Assembly (NCBI GenBank): GCA_038885755.1
Contig: JAVZZH010000002.1
Span: 64,001 to 128,000 of the forward strand
Reading direction: 5' to 3'
Length of the DNA stretch: 64,000 nt
Origin: Candidatus Caldarchaeum sp.
GTDB lineage: Archaea > Thermoproteota > Nitrososphaeria_A > Caldarchaeales > Caldarchaeaceae
Part shown: positions 1 through 9,476 of the stretch, piece by piece
How the letters are laid out: the number at the start of each line of letters is the position of its first letter
Numbering within the stretch: the first letter of the stretch is position 1
Notes under the pieces: generated by a model
Database searches by the model: none
The model's input: only the letters and a program-made list of their open reading frames with translations
Told to the model about the DNA's origin: nothing
Translations under genes and position numbers: made by a program

Positions 1-114
1 AGCCGCAAACCCCTCCAACCCCGCCTCAGAGCCGGGCCCCAGAACAACCTGAGCTAGGGCCAGCGCCAACAGCGTTGACGAGAAAAGGACGGGAACGTAC
101 CTCAGCAGCGTCAT
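1..114 (-). CDS. N-terminal part of a secreted or membrane protein, runs off the window edge
   Basis: ATG at 114, immediately after the stop of the flavoprotein gene; reads MTLLRYVPVLFSSTLLALALAQVVLG (signal-like), open to position 1. Confidence 0.55.
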   Translation of the reverse strand, partial: MTLLRYVPVLFSSTLLALALAQVVLGPGSEAGLEGFAA

Positions 115-118
115 CTCT

Positions 119-1474
119 TCAGCCGTAGAGGCTCAGCAGCAGGGACTTCTCCCAAGCCTGCCTCCTACCGAAGTTCTCCTCAGTCGGCTGCCCCACCTTC
201 GGAAAGCCTTGGACAACCCTTCCTTCAGCGTCCCATTCAACCTCGATCACCGACAGCTGCCTTTTGTTGACGTAGCTCCAGCAGATGTTGTACACAGACA
301 CCTTCTCAGGCGGCGAGACTCCAAGCTGCTCGGCTATGAGCTCGGCCAGCCTTCTCCCAGACCTCTGCGCAACGTAGGCCGACTTGGTGTAAGGCGAGGC
401 CACAGCGTCCCCCAAGCCGAAGACGTCGTCATAGCTTCTGGACCTGAAAGTCGACGGGTTTATGTCCATGTACCGTGCTCCGAGCCCCGCTTTACGTATG
501 AAGCCGGGGGCGACGTTCGGCGGCAGCAGCGAGAGAAGGTTGAACTTGACACGCTCACCCTTGTCGGAGACCAGCTCGGAGGCATCGGCGTCAACCTCGA
601 CGACCTTGAAGTTGGGCCTGTAGTCGATTCCAAGCTTGTTCATCTCGTCTGCGAAGATCTTCGCCTTTGCTGGAGGCTGTGGGTTTGCGTTGGCGTCCAG
701 CACTATGAAGTTGACCTTGTCTATCTTGCCGAGCTCCCTCAAGTACTCGTGGCTGAGTAGGGCTACTTCGTAGGGTGCTGGAGGGCATTTGTAGGGCGCT
801 GGAGGGACGGTGAAGACGACGTTGCCTCCTGCGAGTTTGCGGAGCTCCGACCGGAGCTGCACAGCCAGAGCAGGGTCCCATGCGTGGAGGTTTTTCACTT
901 TCTCGAGCCCCGGTATCTCCCAAGTCGCCAGCTCTATGCCGGGAGAAAGAACGAGCAAGTCGTACTGGGTGGAGCCGTAGTTGGTTTGGACAAGCCGCTC
1001 AGCCGGGTCTATCGCCACCACGTTGGCGTTGACCAGCCTAACCCTTTCTCCCACAACCCTGTCGAAGTAAACAACAGCATCCTTCAACTCCTTAATCCCG
1101 CCGACGAGGTCGACGTGGCTGGGGCCTGAAACCCAGAAGCTGTTCCGGTCTATTATCGTCACGTTAACGTTCTTGACTAGGTCCGTTAATCTTCTGGCGA
1201 ACTGCACGCCAGCAGGCCCTCCTCCAACCACGACGACGTTAGCCGACCCCGACAACCTCCATGTAAAGTCGCCCGCCGGCACCCTCGCAGCCTGCCGCAA
1301 CACGGTCTCCGTCCTCGTCAACGTCTGAGTCTGCGTAGAGGTTTTCTCAAGGGTCCGTGGGAAGGCTTGCGAGCCCGCTGCCAGGCCTACGACCAAGCTG
1401 GCGGCTGCGGCTATTCCTGTTGTCAGGAAGGACCTTCTTGATGTTTGTTTAGGCTGGGTCATTTCTTTATTCAC
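119..1474 (-). CDS. fccB: Tat-exported FAD-dependent sulfide dehydrogenase flavoprotein (FccB/SoxF, SQR superfamily)
   Basis: RRSFL Tat motif, GGGPAG dinucleotide-binding motif, YKCPPAPYE motif, C-terminal NICWS. Confidence 0.75.
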   Translation of the reverse strand: MNKEMTQPKQTSRRSFLTTGIAAAASLVVGLAAGSQAFPRTLEKTSTQTQTLTRTETVLRQAARVPAGDFTWRLSGSANVVVVGGGPAGVQFARRLTDLVKNVNVTIIDRNSFWVSGPSHVDLVGGIKELKDAVVYFDRVVGERVRLVNANVVAIDPAERLVQTNYGSTQYDLLVLSPGIELATWEIPGLEKVKNLHAWDPALAVQLRSELRKLAGGNVVFTVPPAPYKCPPAPYEVALLSHEYLRELGKIDKVNFIVLDANANPQPPAKAKIFADEMNKLGIDYRPNFKVVEVDADASELVSDKGERVKFNLLSLLPPNVAPGFIRKAGLGARYMDINPSTFRSRSYDDVFGLGDAVASPYTKSAYVAQRSGRRLAELIAEQLGVSPPEKVSVYNICWSYVNKRQLSVIEVEWDAEGRVVQGFPKVGQPTEENFGRRQAWEKSLLLSLYG

Positions 1475-1613
1475 CTTAGCTTATTCTAGAGAAATATCTG
1501 GCTAATAAACTGTTGCGTTCATTGAGGAAGAAAATACTAAAAATACTATGAACCACAGCCTCCAGAGACCGCTCCTCATCTATAAATAACACAGACATCG
1601 GAAAAACACGAAA

Positions 1614-2315
1614 ATGGCCCAGCAAGCCGAGACCCCGACAGTGCAGCCGAACTCCTACGTCCTCGTAGACTACACCATAAAGGTCAAGGACACAGACGAG
1701 CTCGTCGACACAACAGCCGAGGAAGAAGCCAAGAAAACAGGCGTCTTCGACGCATCCAAGACATACGAGCCGAGGCTCGTGATAGTCGGGAAGGGGATTC
1801 TGCTCAAAGCCGTCGAGGACGAGCTGTTAGGCATGAAGCCGGGCGAGAAGAAAACCTTCGAGATAACGCCCGACAAGGCCTTCGGGCCGAGAGACCCGGC
1901 GAAGGTGAGGACTATACCACTTCGGAGGTTCAAGGATGCGGAGGGCTCGTTGAGAGTCGGCAGCGTCGTCAACGTCGAGGGCAGGGAGGGAGTCGTCAGA
2001 GCAATCGGCTCCGGCAGGGTTCAGGTCGACTTCAACCACTACTTGGCGGGCAAGACTCTGGTCTGCAGCGTTGAGGTCAAGTCCATACTACACGACGAGC
2101 TGGAGAAAGCGAAGAGCTTGATTCACAGCAGGATACCCGACATCCCCGTCGACAAGTTTGAGATCACGCTGGCTCCTCCAGAGGCAAGGATAAAAATACC
2201 CGAGGAAGCTTTCCTCATTCCAGGCCTTCAGGTAAGTAAGAGAGGCTTGGCCAGAGAGTTGAAGGAAGCCGTCAAAGGTCTCGAGAAAGTTGTCTTCGTC
2301 GAAGAATATGTCTGA
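1614..2315 (+). CDS. slyD: Long-type FKBP peptidyl-prolyl isomerase (SlyD-like)
   Basis: VDYT..DTT, AFGPRD and VDFNHYLAGKTL motifs plus archaeal C-terminal extension. Confidence 0.9.
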   Translation: MAQQAETPTVQPNSYVLVDYTIKVKDTDELVDTTAEEEAKKTGVFDASKTYEPRLVIVGKGILLKAVEDELLGMKPGEKKTFEITPDKAFGPRDPAKVRTIPLRRFKDAEGSLRVGSVVNVEGREGVVRAIGSGRVQVDFNHYLAGKTLVCSVEVKSILHDELEKAKSLIHSRIPDIPVDKFEITLAPPEARIKIPEEAFLIPGLQVSKRGLARELKEAVKGLEKVVFVEEYV

Positions 2316-2631
2316 TGAATAGGAAGATGTAAAGCATTTGCAGAACGCTGCCGGCCACAAACAAGGCCGACTCCCAGACTCTTCCAGCCATTACGAACTG
2401 TAAGTGTGCAGGAGCTGGAACGGAGACGAGGAGGACGACAACCGCCAGAGCCAATCCAAGCCAGTAGCCGGCAGGCCTTCCGGCGAACACCATAAGAGTG
2501 GCGGCTGCAAAACCAGCCAGCCCCACGCACAAGGCAGTGAACAACCAAGACGGCACAACACCCAAAACCGTGTAAACAAGCACAGACCCAAGCAACGTGC
2601 TAGCTAGGAGAAGAAACCGCAACAGGATCAA
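2272..2631 (-). CDS. Small membrane protein (~4 TM), unknown function
   Basis: Four hydrophobic segments; short tail-to-tail overlap with the FKBP gene. Confidence 0.6.
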   Translation of the reverse strand: MILLRFLLLASTLLGSVLVYTVLGVVPSWLFTALCVGLAGFAAATLMVFAGRPAGYWLGLALAVVVLLVSVPAPAHLQFVMAGRVWESALFVAGSVLQMLYIFLFIRHILRRRQLSRDL

Positions 2632-2676
2632 CCCACAGCATAATCGACGATTCAGATATTTATAGTCGAGTCAGAT

Positions 2677-2980
2677 TCAGATATCGTAGTAACGCAATAA
2701 CGCAGTTAGGAGCCTGTGGGCCAGCGTCTCTGCGTATGCTGCTTTGAGCACGTCGTCCTCGAAGGCTTTGGCGTCAACCATGTAGACCCTGTGGCCGTTG
2801 CTCCGCAGCACCCTGACACCCTGCCTAAGCCTTCTGAGAACCACGTGGAGCTCGGAGGTCTTCCCTAAATGGATGTAGAAGGCGGCCTCAACACCTTCAG
2901 CGGCTCCTCGGCCGGTCAAAACATCGTCAAGCCTTGGCAGCGACACCGTCTCTCGATACAGCAAGCCGTGGAAAAAGTGT
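2677..2980 (-). pseudogene. Probable truncated relic of a conserved archaeal hypothetical protein at the left border of the island
   Basis: Only the distal part (..LHVVLRRLRQGVRV..VDAKAFEDDVLKAAYAETLAHRLLT) looks protein-like; the upstream part of ORF 2677-3243 looks non-coding. Confidence 0.35.
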
Positions 2981-3309
2981 TTCTCCCACGCCAATACGAT
3001 TAAATGGAGGCATGAGAAGGGCTCAAGAAGACGCACGCATACTGAACATAATAGGGTGTATGCTAGGCAAGCCTGACTGAACATGCTATTTCTGAAAAGA
3101 CATATTATGAAGAGGGGAAAATAGGGGAGGTTTGGCTGGAGGCCAACCAGCAAGAACAACACCAGAGAAACCCATGAAAGGCCGGCTGTTAAATATCTGG
3201 TCAAATGCGGGGACATCGCCCGCATAGTAATATGGATTGTCATACCGGCCTCATGGGTTTTTTCTATGTTGTAAAAATAATTTTCGTCGGCTTGTTAAAG
3301 CCTCTTCCG

Positions 3310-3344
3310 GCGAAGACTGATAGGATGACCGAATAATCTCTATA
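3310..3344 (+). repeat. Dispersed repeat, copy 1 (GCGAAGAnnGATAGGATGACCGAATAATCTCTATA)
   Basis: 3319-3344 is identical to 39643-39668 (26 bp) and nearly identical to 10527-10552. Confidence 0.9.
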
Positions 3345-3366
3345 AATTTGTTTTAGACTATATGAG
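3336..3366 (+). promoter_or_regulatory. Putative operator ATCTCTATAAAT, 11-nt spacer, TATA-like box TATATGA for the moaD-aor-oah-had-dch operon
   Basis: Motif 3336-3347, TATA at 3359, ATG 30 nt later at 3389. Confidence 0.55.
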
Positions 3367-3388
3367 CCGGCGTCTGAAAATCGCGGAT

Positions 3389-3811
3389 ATGTGTGCCGAG
3401 GCTGTTGTAAAAATAATTTTCGTCGGCCCTTTACGGACTGCTTTCGGCAGCAGGGAGCTGACCCTCGCTGCAAGGGAGGGGGAGTCCGTCCGCCAGCTGC
3501 TCGTGAGGGTTGCGAGCGGGGCTGGCGGCAGGGGGGTTGAATATCTTTTGGATGAAAACCCAGAGCAGCTCGTCGTCTCTGTCGACGGAGAAGTGGTTAG
3601 AGACTTGGACAGGAAGCTTAGAGGCGGAGAAACCATCATATTGACTCCTGCTCTGTCAGGCGGCTCAAGCTACTCGGTGAGATGCTTAAACTGCTCGGCT
3701 AGAATACCTGTCCAGCAAGGGGTTTCGGAAGCGACCTGTAATAGCTGCGGCACAAGCTACACCATCACCTGGATATCTCCAACACAGCCGAAGATAAGAA
3801 GGGTTGTGTAA
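3389..3811 (+). CDS. MoaD/ThiS ubiquitin-like protein fused after Gly-Gly to a C4 zinc ribbon
   Basis: Beta-grasp pattern (VKIIFVGPLR..VSVDGE..IILTPALSGG) followed by CLNC..CNSC; start may be 3362 or 3389. Confidence 0.8.
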   Translation: MCAEAVVKIIFVGPLRTAFGSRELTLAAREGESVRQLLVRVASGAGGRGVEYLLDENPEQLVVSVDGEVVRDLDRKLRGGETIILTPALSGGSSYSVRCLNCSARIPVQQGVSEATCNSCGTSYTITWISPTQPKIRRVV

Positions 3812-3813
3812 AC

Positions 3814-5703
3814 ATGAAACCCGGCCAGCTCGTGGCATATGTAGACCTGAGCCGAAAAAAGACGTCTGTAGAGCCTGTGCCGGAGCATTGGAGAAAACAT
3901 TTCTTAGGCGGCAGGGGCGTTAACACATACCTTCTCAGCACAATGATTGACGAACGCACAGACCCCCTAGGGCCGGAGAACCCGCTGATAGTAGGGGTGG
4001 GCTTGCTCACAGGGATTTCGGCGCTCGGCTCCGGTAGATGCAATATCTCAGCCCGTTCTCCGCTGACGGGCGCATTGGGCGACAGCAACATAGGCGGTCT
4101 CTTCGCAGCGACAATGCGTAGGACAGGTATAGACTTCTTAGTTGTGTCAGGCAGGGCTGAGAAACCAGTCAGAATACATCTTCACGATAGGAAGGTCATG
4201 ATAGTTGACGGCAGAGACCTTTGGGGCTTAGACTCTTTCGAAGCACAGGAAGAGATTAGAAAGGCAGAGGGTGGAGCCGTCCAGTCTCTGGTCATAGGAC
4301 AGGCAGGCGAAAACCTTGTCAGGTATGCATGTGTGAGAACTGGGAGGAAAAGCTCAGCCGGCAGAACCGGGATGGGCGCGGTTATGGGAAGCAAGAACCT
4401 TAAAGCCATCTCAGCCGTGGGAGACAGGCCGATAGAATGGTATGACACGGCGGCACTTCAAAGGTTTTGCAGAGAATTGATCGATAAAATCATGTCGACG
4501 AAATGGGCTAGGGCTCAATCGGTGCACGGGACAGCCGCCATATTCAACTATACATATCATACGGGGCTGCTTAGGGTTAGAAACTTCCAGACACAGGCGC
4601 TCCTCGACGTCGGAACGCTTGAGCCTGAGAACATCGAGCCATACAAAACAGGGATGTCTGGATGCTCCGCATGCAGCATCAAATGCAGACATGTCTATGA
4701 ACTTGATGATGGGCCCTATCCTCACAAAGGTGAGGGTCCTGAGTACAGCCAGATAGGAAGCTTCGGAACAATGGTTGGAATAAACAGGATTGAAGCAGTG
4801 ATGAACGCCTCATACCTCTGCAACAAATATGGGCTAGACACGATAGAGGTAGGCAACATGATCGCGTGGATTATGGAGCTTTACGAGAAAAACCTCATAC
4901 CCAAAAACCTGCTCGGCGACTTGAAACCGGAGTGGGGTAGTGAGGAGGCGGTTTACAGACTTGTAGAAATGATAGCTCTGCGTCAGGGTTTGGGCGACAT
5001 CCTCGCCGAGGGGATGAAAACAGCTATAACAATACTCGGCCAGGAAACAAGTCGCTACGCCCTCCACATAAAAGGCATGGGAATACTTCTCTCCGACGAC
5101 AGGCCCGTACCCAGCTTCGCCCTCGGGCTTGCTACAGCCACAAGGGGGGCAGACCATTTAAGAAGCAGGCCAGCCGTGGACCTGTACGGGCTGCCTAAAG
5201 AGCTTCTCACCAGCCTCTACGAAGGTGAGGTATCAACAGATTACACAGAGTATGAGGGTAAGAGTAGGATGGTCTGGTGGCATGAGCTCCAGTATGCTGT
5301 GGGTGATTCGCTGGGGCTTTGCAGGTTTCAGATGAAGTTTATCTCAGTCCACGCGCCTTCGTATGATGAGTGGGTAGAGTTGATAAAATATGCGACTGGG
5401 ATGGAAACCTCTAAACATGAGTTGATGATGACGGGCGAAAGGATACTGGCTGTTGAGAGGATGCTGAACAACAGGCTTGGCTTCAGCAGGAAAGACGACA
5501 CACTTCCTGAACGCTACTACATTGAACCAACAGTGGCTGGGATGCCAAAAACCAGAGGTAGAAAGATAGATAGGCAGAAGTTCGAGCAAATGCTTGATGA
5601 ATACTACAGTCTCCATGGCTGGGATGAAAACGGTGTTCCCAAAAGAGAGACGCTTGAAAGGCTCGGCCTCGTCGAACACCCTATCTATTCACAAGGTGTG
5701 TGA
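3814..5703 (+). CDS. aor: AOR-family tungstopterin aldehyde:ferredoxin oxidoreductase
   Basis: FLGGRG, SPLTG, GRTGMGAVMGSKNLKAI, CSACSIKC, GLDTIE and RGADH motifs. Confidence 0.9.
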   Translation: MKPGQLVAYVDLSRKKTSVEPVPEHWRKHFLGGRGVNTYLLSTMIDERTDPLGPENPLIVGVGLLTGISALGSGRCNISARSPLTGALGDSNIGGLFAATMRRTGIDFLVVSGRAEKPVRIHLHDRKVMIVDGRDLWGLDSFEAQEEIRKAEGGAVQSLVIGQAGENLVRYACVRTGRKSSAGRTGMGAVMGSKNLKAISAVGDRPIEWYDTAALQRFCRELIDKIMSTKWARAQSVHGTAAIFNYTYHTGLLRVRNFQTQALLDVGTLEPENIEPYKTGMSGCSACSIKCRHVYELDDGPYPHKGEGPEYSQIGSFGTMVGINRIEAVMNASYLCNKYGLDTIEVGNMIAWIMELYEKNLIPKNLLGDLKPEWGSEEAVYRLVEMIALRQGLGDILAEGMKTAITILGQETSRYALHIKGMGILLSDDRPVPSFALGLATATRGADHLRSRPAVDLYGLPKELLTSLYEGEVSTDYTEYEGKSRMVWWHELQYAVGDSLGLCRFQMKFISVHAPSYDEWVELIKYATGMETSKHELMMTGERILAVERMLNNRLGFSRKDDTLPERYYIEPTVAGMPKTRGRKIDRQKFEQMLDEYYSLHGWDENGVPKRETLERLGLVEHPIYSQGV

Positions 5704-6644
5704 AAATGTCCGCAAAAGAGTATAAAGATATAGTCTACGACAGAAACTACCATACACATACTGCGCTTATTCAGATAAACAGGCCTGACGAATACAACTC
5801 CTACCTCCTCACTACTTTAAAGGAGATGATAGACGCTTTTGAAGACGCGATGTGGGATGATAACATACAGTTCATCGTTCTGTCAGGGGCTGGTGAGAAA
5901 GCCTTCTGCACGGGAGGCAACATCGGAGAGTACGCCGATATCTACAGCAAAAAGCCGTCAGACTGGTGGAAGTGGGGCGAGGTATACGGAAGGTTCCTAG
6001 ACATAATTCTCCACTGCGGCAAACCTGTCATCGCAAGAGTTAACGGCATGGTGGCTGGCGGCGGTTTCGAGTTTGTAGCCGCCTCCGACCTCGCCATAGC
6101 AGCACAGCATGCGAAGTTTCTCTCACCCGGGCCAAGGGTTGGAATGACCTCTATAGGCGGTCTTTCCCAGTGGCTTCCGCTCCACATAGGTCTGAAGAGA
6201 ACGGCTCAGCTCGTTATGACGAGCGAAGAGATAACGGCTCAAAAAGCTCTAGAATGGGGGATAGTGAACGACGTGGTGCCCCTCGAAAAGCTCGACGAAA
6301 GAGTTAAACAGCTTATAGACGTAATGCTCGACCTCTCCCCAACCAGCCTCCACTACTTCAAAGTACATCTAAACTGGTGGCGTGACCTTGTCTGGAAGCT
6401 CACATGGGAGCATGCTAAGGAATTCTTCTCACTGAACATCGGCGGCATCGAACCCGTGGAAGGGCTTCACGCCTTCAAAGAAAAGAGGAAGAGACGTTAC
6501 AGAGAAGTGAGAGACGACCTGGCTAAAGGCGTGGATCCAAGATACCCGCACGGCCCCTACATGCTTACGTGTAAAACATGCAACGCCAGATACCTGCCCC
6601 TCAACTCTGTTTACTGTCTAAAATGCGGGAGCAGGCTTGGGTGA
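5700..6644 (+). CDS. oah: 6-oxocyclohex-1-ene-1-carbonyl-CoA hydrolase (Oah/BamA/BzdY), ring-opening crotonase
   Basis: YNSY, KAFCTGGN.GEYA..Y and KPVIARVNGM.AGGG BamA-type signatures; context with had/dch/bcr; C-terminal CxxC..CxxC. Confidence 0.85.
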   Translation: MKMSAKEYKDIVYDRNYHTHTALIQINRPDEYNSYLLTTLKEMIDAFEDAMWDDNIQFIVLSGAGEKAFCTGGNIGEYADIYSKKPSDWWKWGEVYGRFLDIILHCGKPVIARVNGMVAGGGFEFVAASDLAIAAQHAKFLSPGPRVGMTSIGGLSQWLPLHIGLKRTAQLVMTSEEITAQKALEWGIVNDVVPLEKLDERVKQLIDVMLDLSPTSLHYFKVHLNWWRDLVWKLTWEHAKEFFSLNIGGIEPVEGLHAFKEKRKRRYREVRDDLAKGVDPRYPHGPYMLTCKTCNARYLPLNSVYCLKCGSRLG

Positions 6645-6650
6645 GAGCGT

Positions 6651-7673
6651 GTGAAAGCCGCGGTTTTCAGGGGGGCTGGGCAGTCTCTGGAAATAGCTGA
6701 CGTAGAGGCTCCGAAGATTGGTTATGGAGAGGTTTTGGTGAAGGTGTCGGCGTGCGGCATCTGCGCCACAGACCTACATTATCTCCATGGGGTACCTACT
6801 TTCAAGAAACCCCCTCTAATACTTGGACATGAGATCTCTGGAACAGTGGCGGAGGTCGGAGAGGGCGTCAGAGGGTTCAGTGTTGGAGAACAGGTGCTCG
6901 TTCCACCGGTTATCTCATGTGGGCTGTGTCTAAGATGTCTTGAAGGCCGCGACAACATATGCGAGAACATGCAGATGGTCGGCAACCATATCGACGGCGG
7001 GTTCGCCGAATACGTCAAAGCACCTGCCAGAAACCTTGTCCGTCTGCCTGAAAGCCTGCCTTTAAGAGAGAGCTCAATAATCTCCGACGCCGTCTCAACA
7101 CCCTACCATGCTGTGAAGAACAGAGGAGCTGTCCGGGGTGGAGAATGGGTGGCTGTCTTCGGATGCGGAGGGGTTGGGATAAACGCCGTCCAAATAGCAT
7201 CTGCGTTAGGGGGGTTGGTGATAGCAGTCGACATAGACGACCGCAAGCTCCAGCTCGCCAAACAGCTGGGCGCAGTCGAGACCATAAACTCGAGGGAGTC
7301 GGATCCGGTAAAAAATATTCAAAAAATAGTCGGAGGCGGGGTTGACGTCGCCTTCGAGGTTGTTGGCAAGCCGACGACGCTTGAACAGGCTTTAAGCACG
7401 GTAAGGCCTGGCGGAAAGCTTGTCGTAGTGGGCTACAGCGCCGAAACATGGAGCATGAGGGTCAGCAGGCTCATGTTCAGAGAAATAACCGTGGTCGGCT
7501 CGCTTGGATGCAGGCTAGCCGAATACCCTGCTCTTTTGAACATGGTGAAGACGGGGAAGATAAAACTTGAGCCGGTGATATCAGACAGGCTGAGGCTGGA
7601 GGAGGTTAATGAGGCTCTTAAACGGCTGGAGGAGGGAAAGACCGTCGGACGGCAGATAATCGTCGTCAGCTGA
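6651..7673 (+). CDS. had: Zn-dependent dehydrogenase, probable 6-hydroxycyclohex-1-ene-1-carbonyl-CoA dehydrogenase
   Basis: CATDLH, GHE, structural Zn cysteines, GCGGVG, GSLGC; located between oah and dch. Confidence 0.8.
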   Translation: MKAAVFRGAGQSLEIADVEAPKIGYGEVLVKVSACGICATDLHYLHGVPTFKKPPLILGHEISGTVAEVGEGVRGFSVGEQVLVPPVISCGLCLRCLEGRDNICENMQMVGNHIDGGFAEYVKAPARNLVRLPESLPLRESSIISDAVSTPYHAVKNRGAVRGGEWVAVFGCGGVGINAVQIASALGGLVIAVDIDDRKLQLAKQLGAVETINSRESDPVKNIQKIVGGGVDVAFEVVGKPTTLEQALSTVRPGGKLVVVGYSAETWSMRVSRLMFREITVVGSLGCRLAEYPALLNMVKTGKIKLEPVISDRLRLEEVNEALKRLEEGKTVGRQIIVVS

Positions 7674-7687
7674 GGGGCTGCATCGCC

Positions 7688-8464
7688 ATGACACAATCCT
7701 TCAAAACAATAACCATAGACTTTAAGGATAGAGTGTCGACAATCACCCTCACCAGCCCACCCCTCAACATCATCAACATCCAGATGATGGACGAGCTTTC
7801 CGAAGCCCTTGGAAAACTTGCAACAAACACTGAGCTGGCAGCACTAGTAGTCAAATCAGGTGTAGACGGCGTTTTCAGCGCCGGAGCAGACGTTAGAGAA
7901 CATCTTCCCGAGAAGGCTGAGCAGCTGATAAGAAAGTTCGAAAACCTCATTATGAAGCTGTTCAGCTTCCCAGCCCCAACCATATGCGTTGTTGATGGAA
8001 GATGCCTCGGCGGTGGAATGGAGCTGGCTATGGTGTGCGACTTTGTGGTCGCGTCGGAGGCAGCTGAGTTTGGACAGCCTGAGATTAAGGTCGGAGTCTT
8101 CCCCCCGGTCGCGGCCGCACTCTATCCAAGGCTGACAAGCCTCAAAAACGTACAAACACTGATACTGTTGGGAAAGACAGTAAAGGCGGCCGAGGCAAAA
8201 CAGCTGGGTCTTGTGAACGAGGTTGTTGAAAAACAGCGGCTTGAAGAGGTTCTGAAATCTTTCACGGACCAGCTGCTGGCAAACAGCAGCGCTGTTATGA
8301 GATATGCAAAGAGAGCGGTCCTCAGCTCGCTGGAGCTGTCTTTTGAACAAGCCTTGGCAAAAGCTTCCGACCTTTATCTGAACGAGTTGATGAAGACAGA
8401 AGACGCTGTAGAAGGTCTCAAAGCATTTCTCGAGAAACGGAGACCTCTCTGGAGACATAGATAA
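7688..8464 (+). CDS. dch: Crotonase, probable cyclohexa-1,5-diene-1-carbonyl-CoA hydratase
   Basis: PPLNI, FSAGADVREH, CLGGGMEL, GQPEIKVGVFPP, LYLNELM..EDAVEG typical of Dch/BzdW. Confidence 0.8.
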   Translation: MTQSFKTITIDFKDRVSTITLTSPPLNIINIQMMDELSEALGKLATNTELAALVVKSGVDGVFSAGADVREHLPEKAEQLIRKFENLIMKLFSFPAPTICVVDGRCLGGGMELAMVCDFVVASEAAEFGQPEIKVGVFPPVAAALYPRLTSLKNVQTLILLGKTVKAAEAKQLGLVNEVVEKQRLEEVLKSFTDQLLANSSAVMRYAKRAVLSSLELSFEQALAKASDLYLNELMKTEDAVEGLKAFLEKRRPLWRHR

Positions 8465-8567
8465 AGGTCTGTTCCGTTATCCGGCTCGGTTTTTAGACAA
8501 TATGATTCTCATGGTTTTTGGAAACGATTTCTGGAGAAATAAATAAAACCCCATACTTTCATTTACT

Positions 8568-9476
8568 ATGAAGCAGAAAGTAACTACTTTGAAACAGGCT
8601 GTTGAGACGTTTATCCAAGACGGATGCTCACTGGCCCTATGTCTGAGCTTAGAGCACGCCATCCCCTTCGCCGCCGTCCATGAAATAATAAGGCAGGGAA
8701 AGCGCAACCTCACCCTGATAGGCCCGATCTCTGACGCCGCCTTCGACCAGTTGGTTGGCGCAGGATGTGCTTCGAAGGTGATGGCTGCATGGGTAGGCAA
8801 CGTATCCTACGGCATTGGCTACTGCTTCAGCAGAGCATATGAGAAGGGGCGTGTAAAAATGATAGACTACTCCAACCTCAGCATCGCTTCAGCCATCTTG
8901 GCCGCCGCCCTTGGAATCCCGTTTATACCGACGAAAACGTTGATAGGCTCAGACATTCTTGAAGGGCTTGTGGCCGAAGGCTTGGCCAAGCTGTCTGAAT
9001 GCCCCTTCACCGGTGAGGTGGTTGTTCTTCTCAAAGCCGTCAAGCCTGACGTCGCGGTGGTCCACGTCCAGAGATGCGACGATAAAGGATATGCGCAAAT
9101 GTGGGGGAACCTCGGGATAGTTAGGGAGGCATGTCAGGCAGCCGATAAAGTGATGGTGACAACTGAGGAGGTGGTCGACCATGAAACCATAACCCTCGAC
9201 CCGAACTCCGTCATATGCCCGCCGTACAAAGTAGCTGCAGTCTGTCAGGTTAGATACGGAGCCCATCCATCCCCTCTGGCAGGATATTACAACAGAGACC
9301 ACAACTTTTTCAGAGAATACTACGAGATGAGCAAGACGCCGGAAGGTTTTAGGAAATGGCTGGAGAAATGGGTTCTGTCTGTCGGGAGCAGGGATGAATA
9401 CCTGAAGAATGTCGAGCTTGACAGAATCAGGGTTGCTAAACCTTTAGAGGCTGGGGCGAGGCTGTATGGCTACTGA
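8568..9476 (+). CDS. Family I CoA transferase, subunit A (glutaconate CoA-transferase-like)
   Basis: IPFAAVHEIIRQG, GIPFIPT..GSD, PDVAVVHVQRCD..G, GAHPS. Confidence 0.85.
   Translation: MKQKVTTLKQAVETFIQDGCSLALCLSLEHAIPFAAVHEIIRQGKRNLTLIGPISDAAFDQLVGAGCASKVMAAWVGNVSYGIGYCFSRAYEKGRVKMIDYSNLSIASAILAAALGIPFIPTKTLIGSDILEGLVAEGLAKLSECPFTGEVVVLLKAVKPDVAVVHVQRCDDKGYAQMWGNLGIVREACQAADKVMVTTEEVVDHETITLDPNSVICPPYKVAAVCQVRYGAHPSPLAGYYNRDHNFFREYYEMSKTPEGFRKWLEKWVLSVGSRDEYLKNVELDRIRVAKPLEAGARLYGY

Larger units (their letters stand above)
3267..3427 (+). repeat. Exact 25-bp direct repeat TGTTGTAAAAATAATTTTCGTCGGC at 3267-3291 and 3403-3427
   Basis: Direct sequence comparison; second copy lies inside the MoaD-like gene. 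Confidence 0.9.

Noticed and set aside
3814-5703. Class II BCR (BamB) complex
   Set aside because: No BamC-I or Hdr-like partners are present and a class I BCR is; kept only as an open question about the AOR
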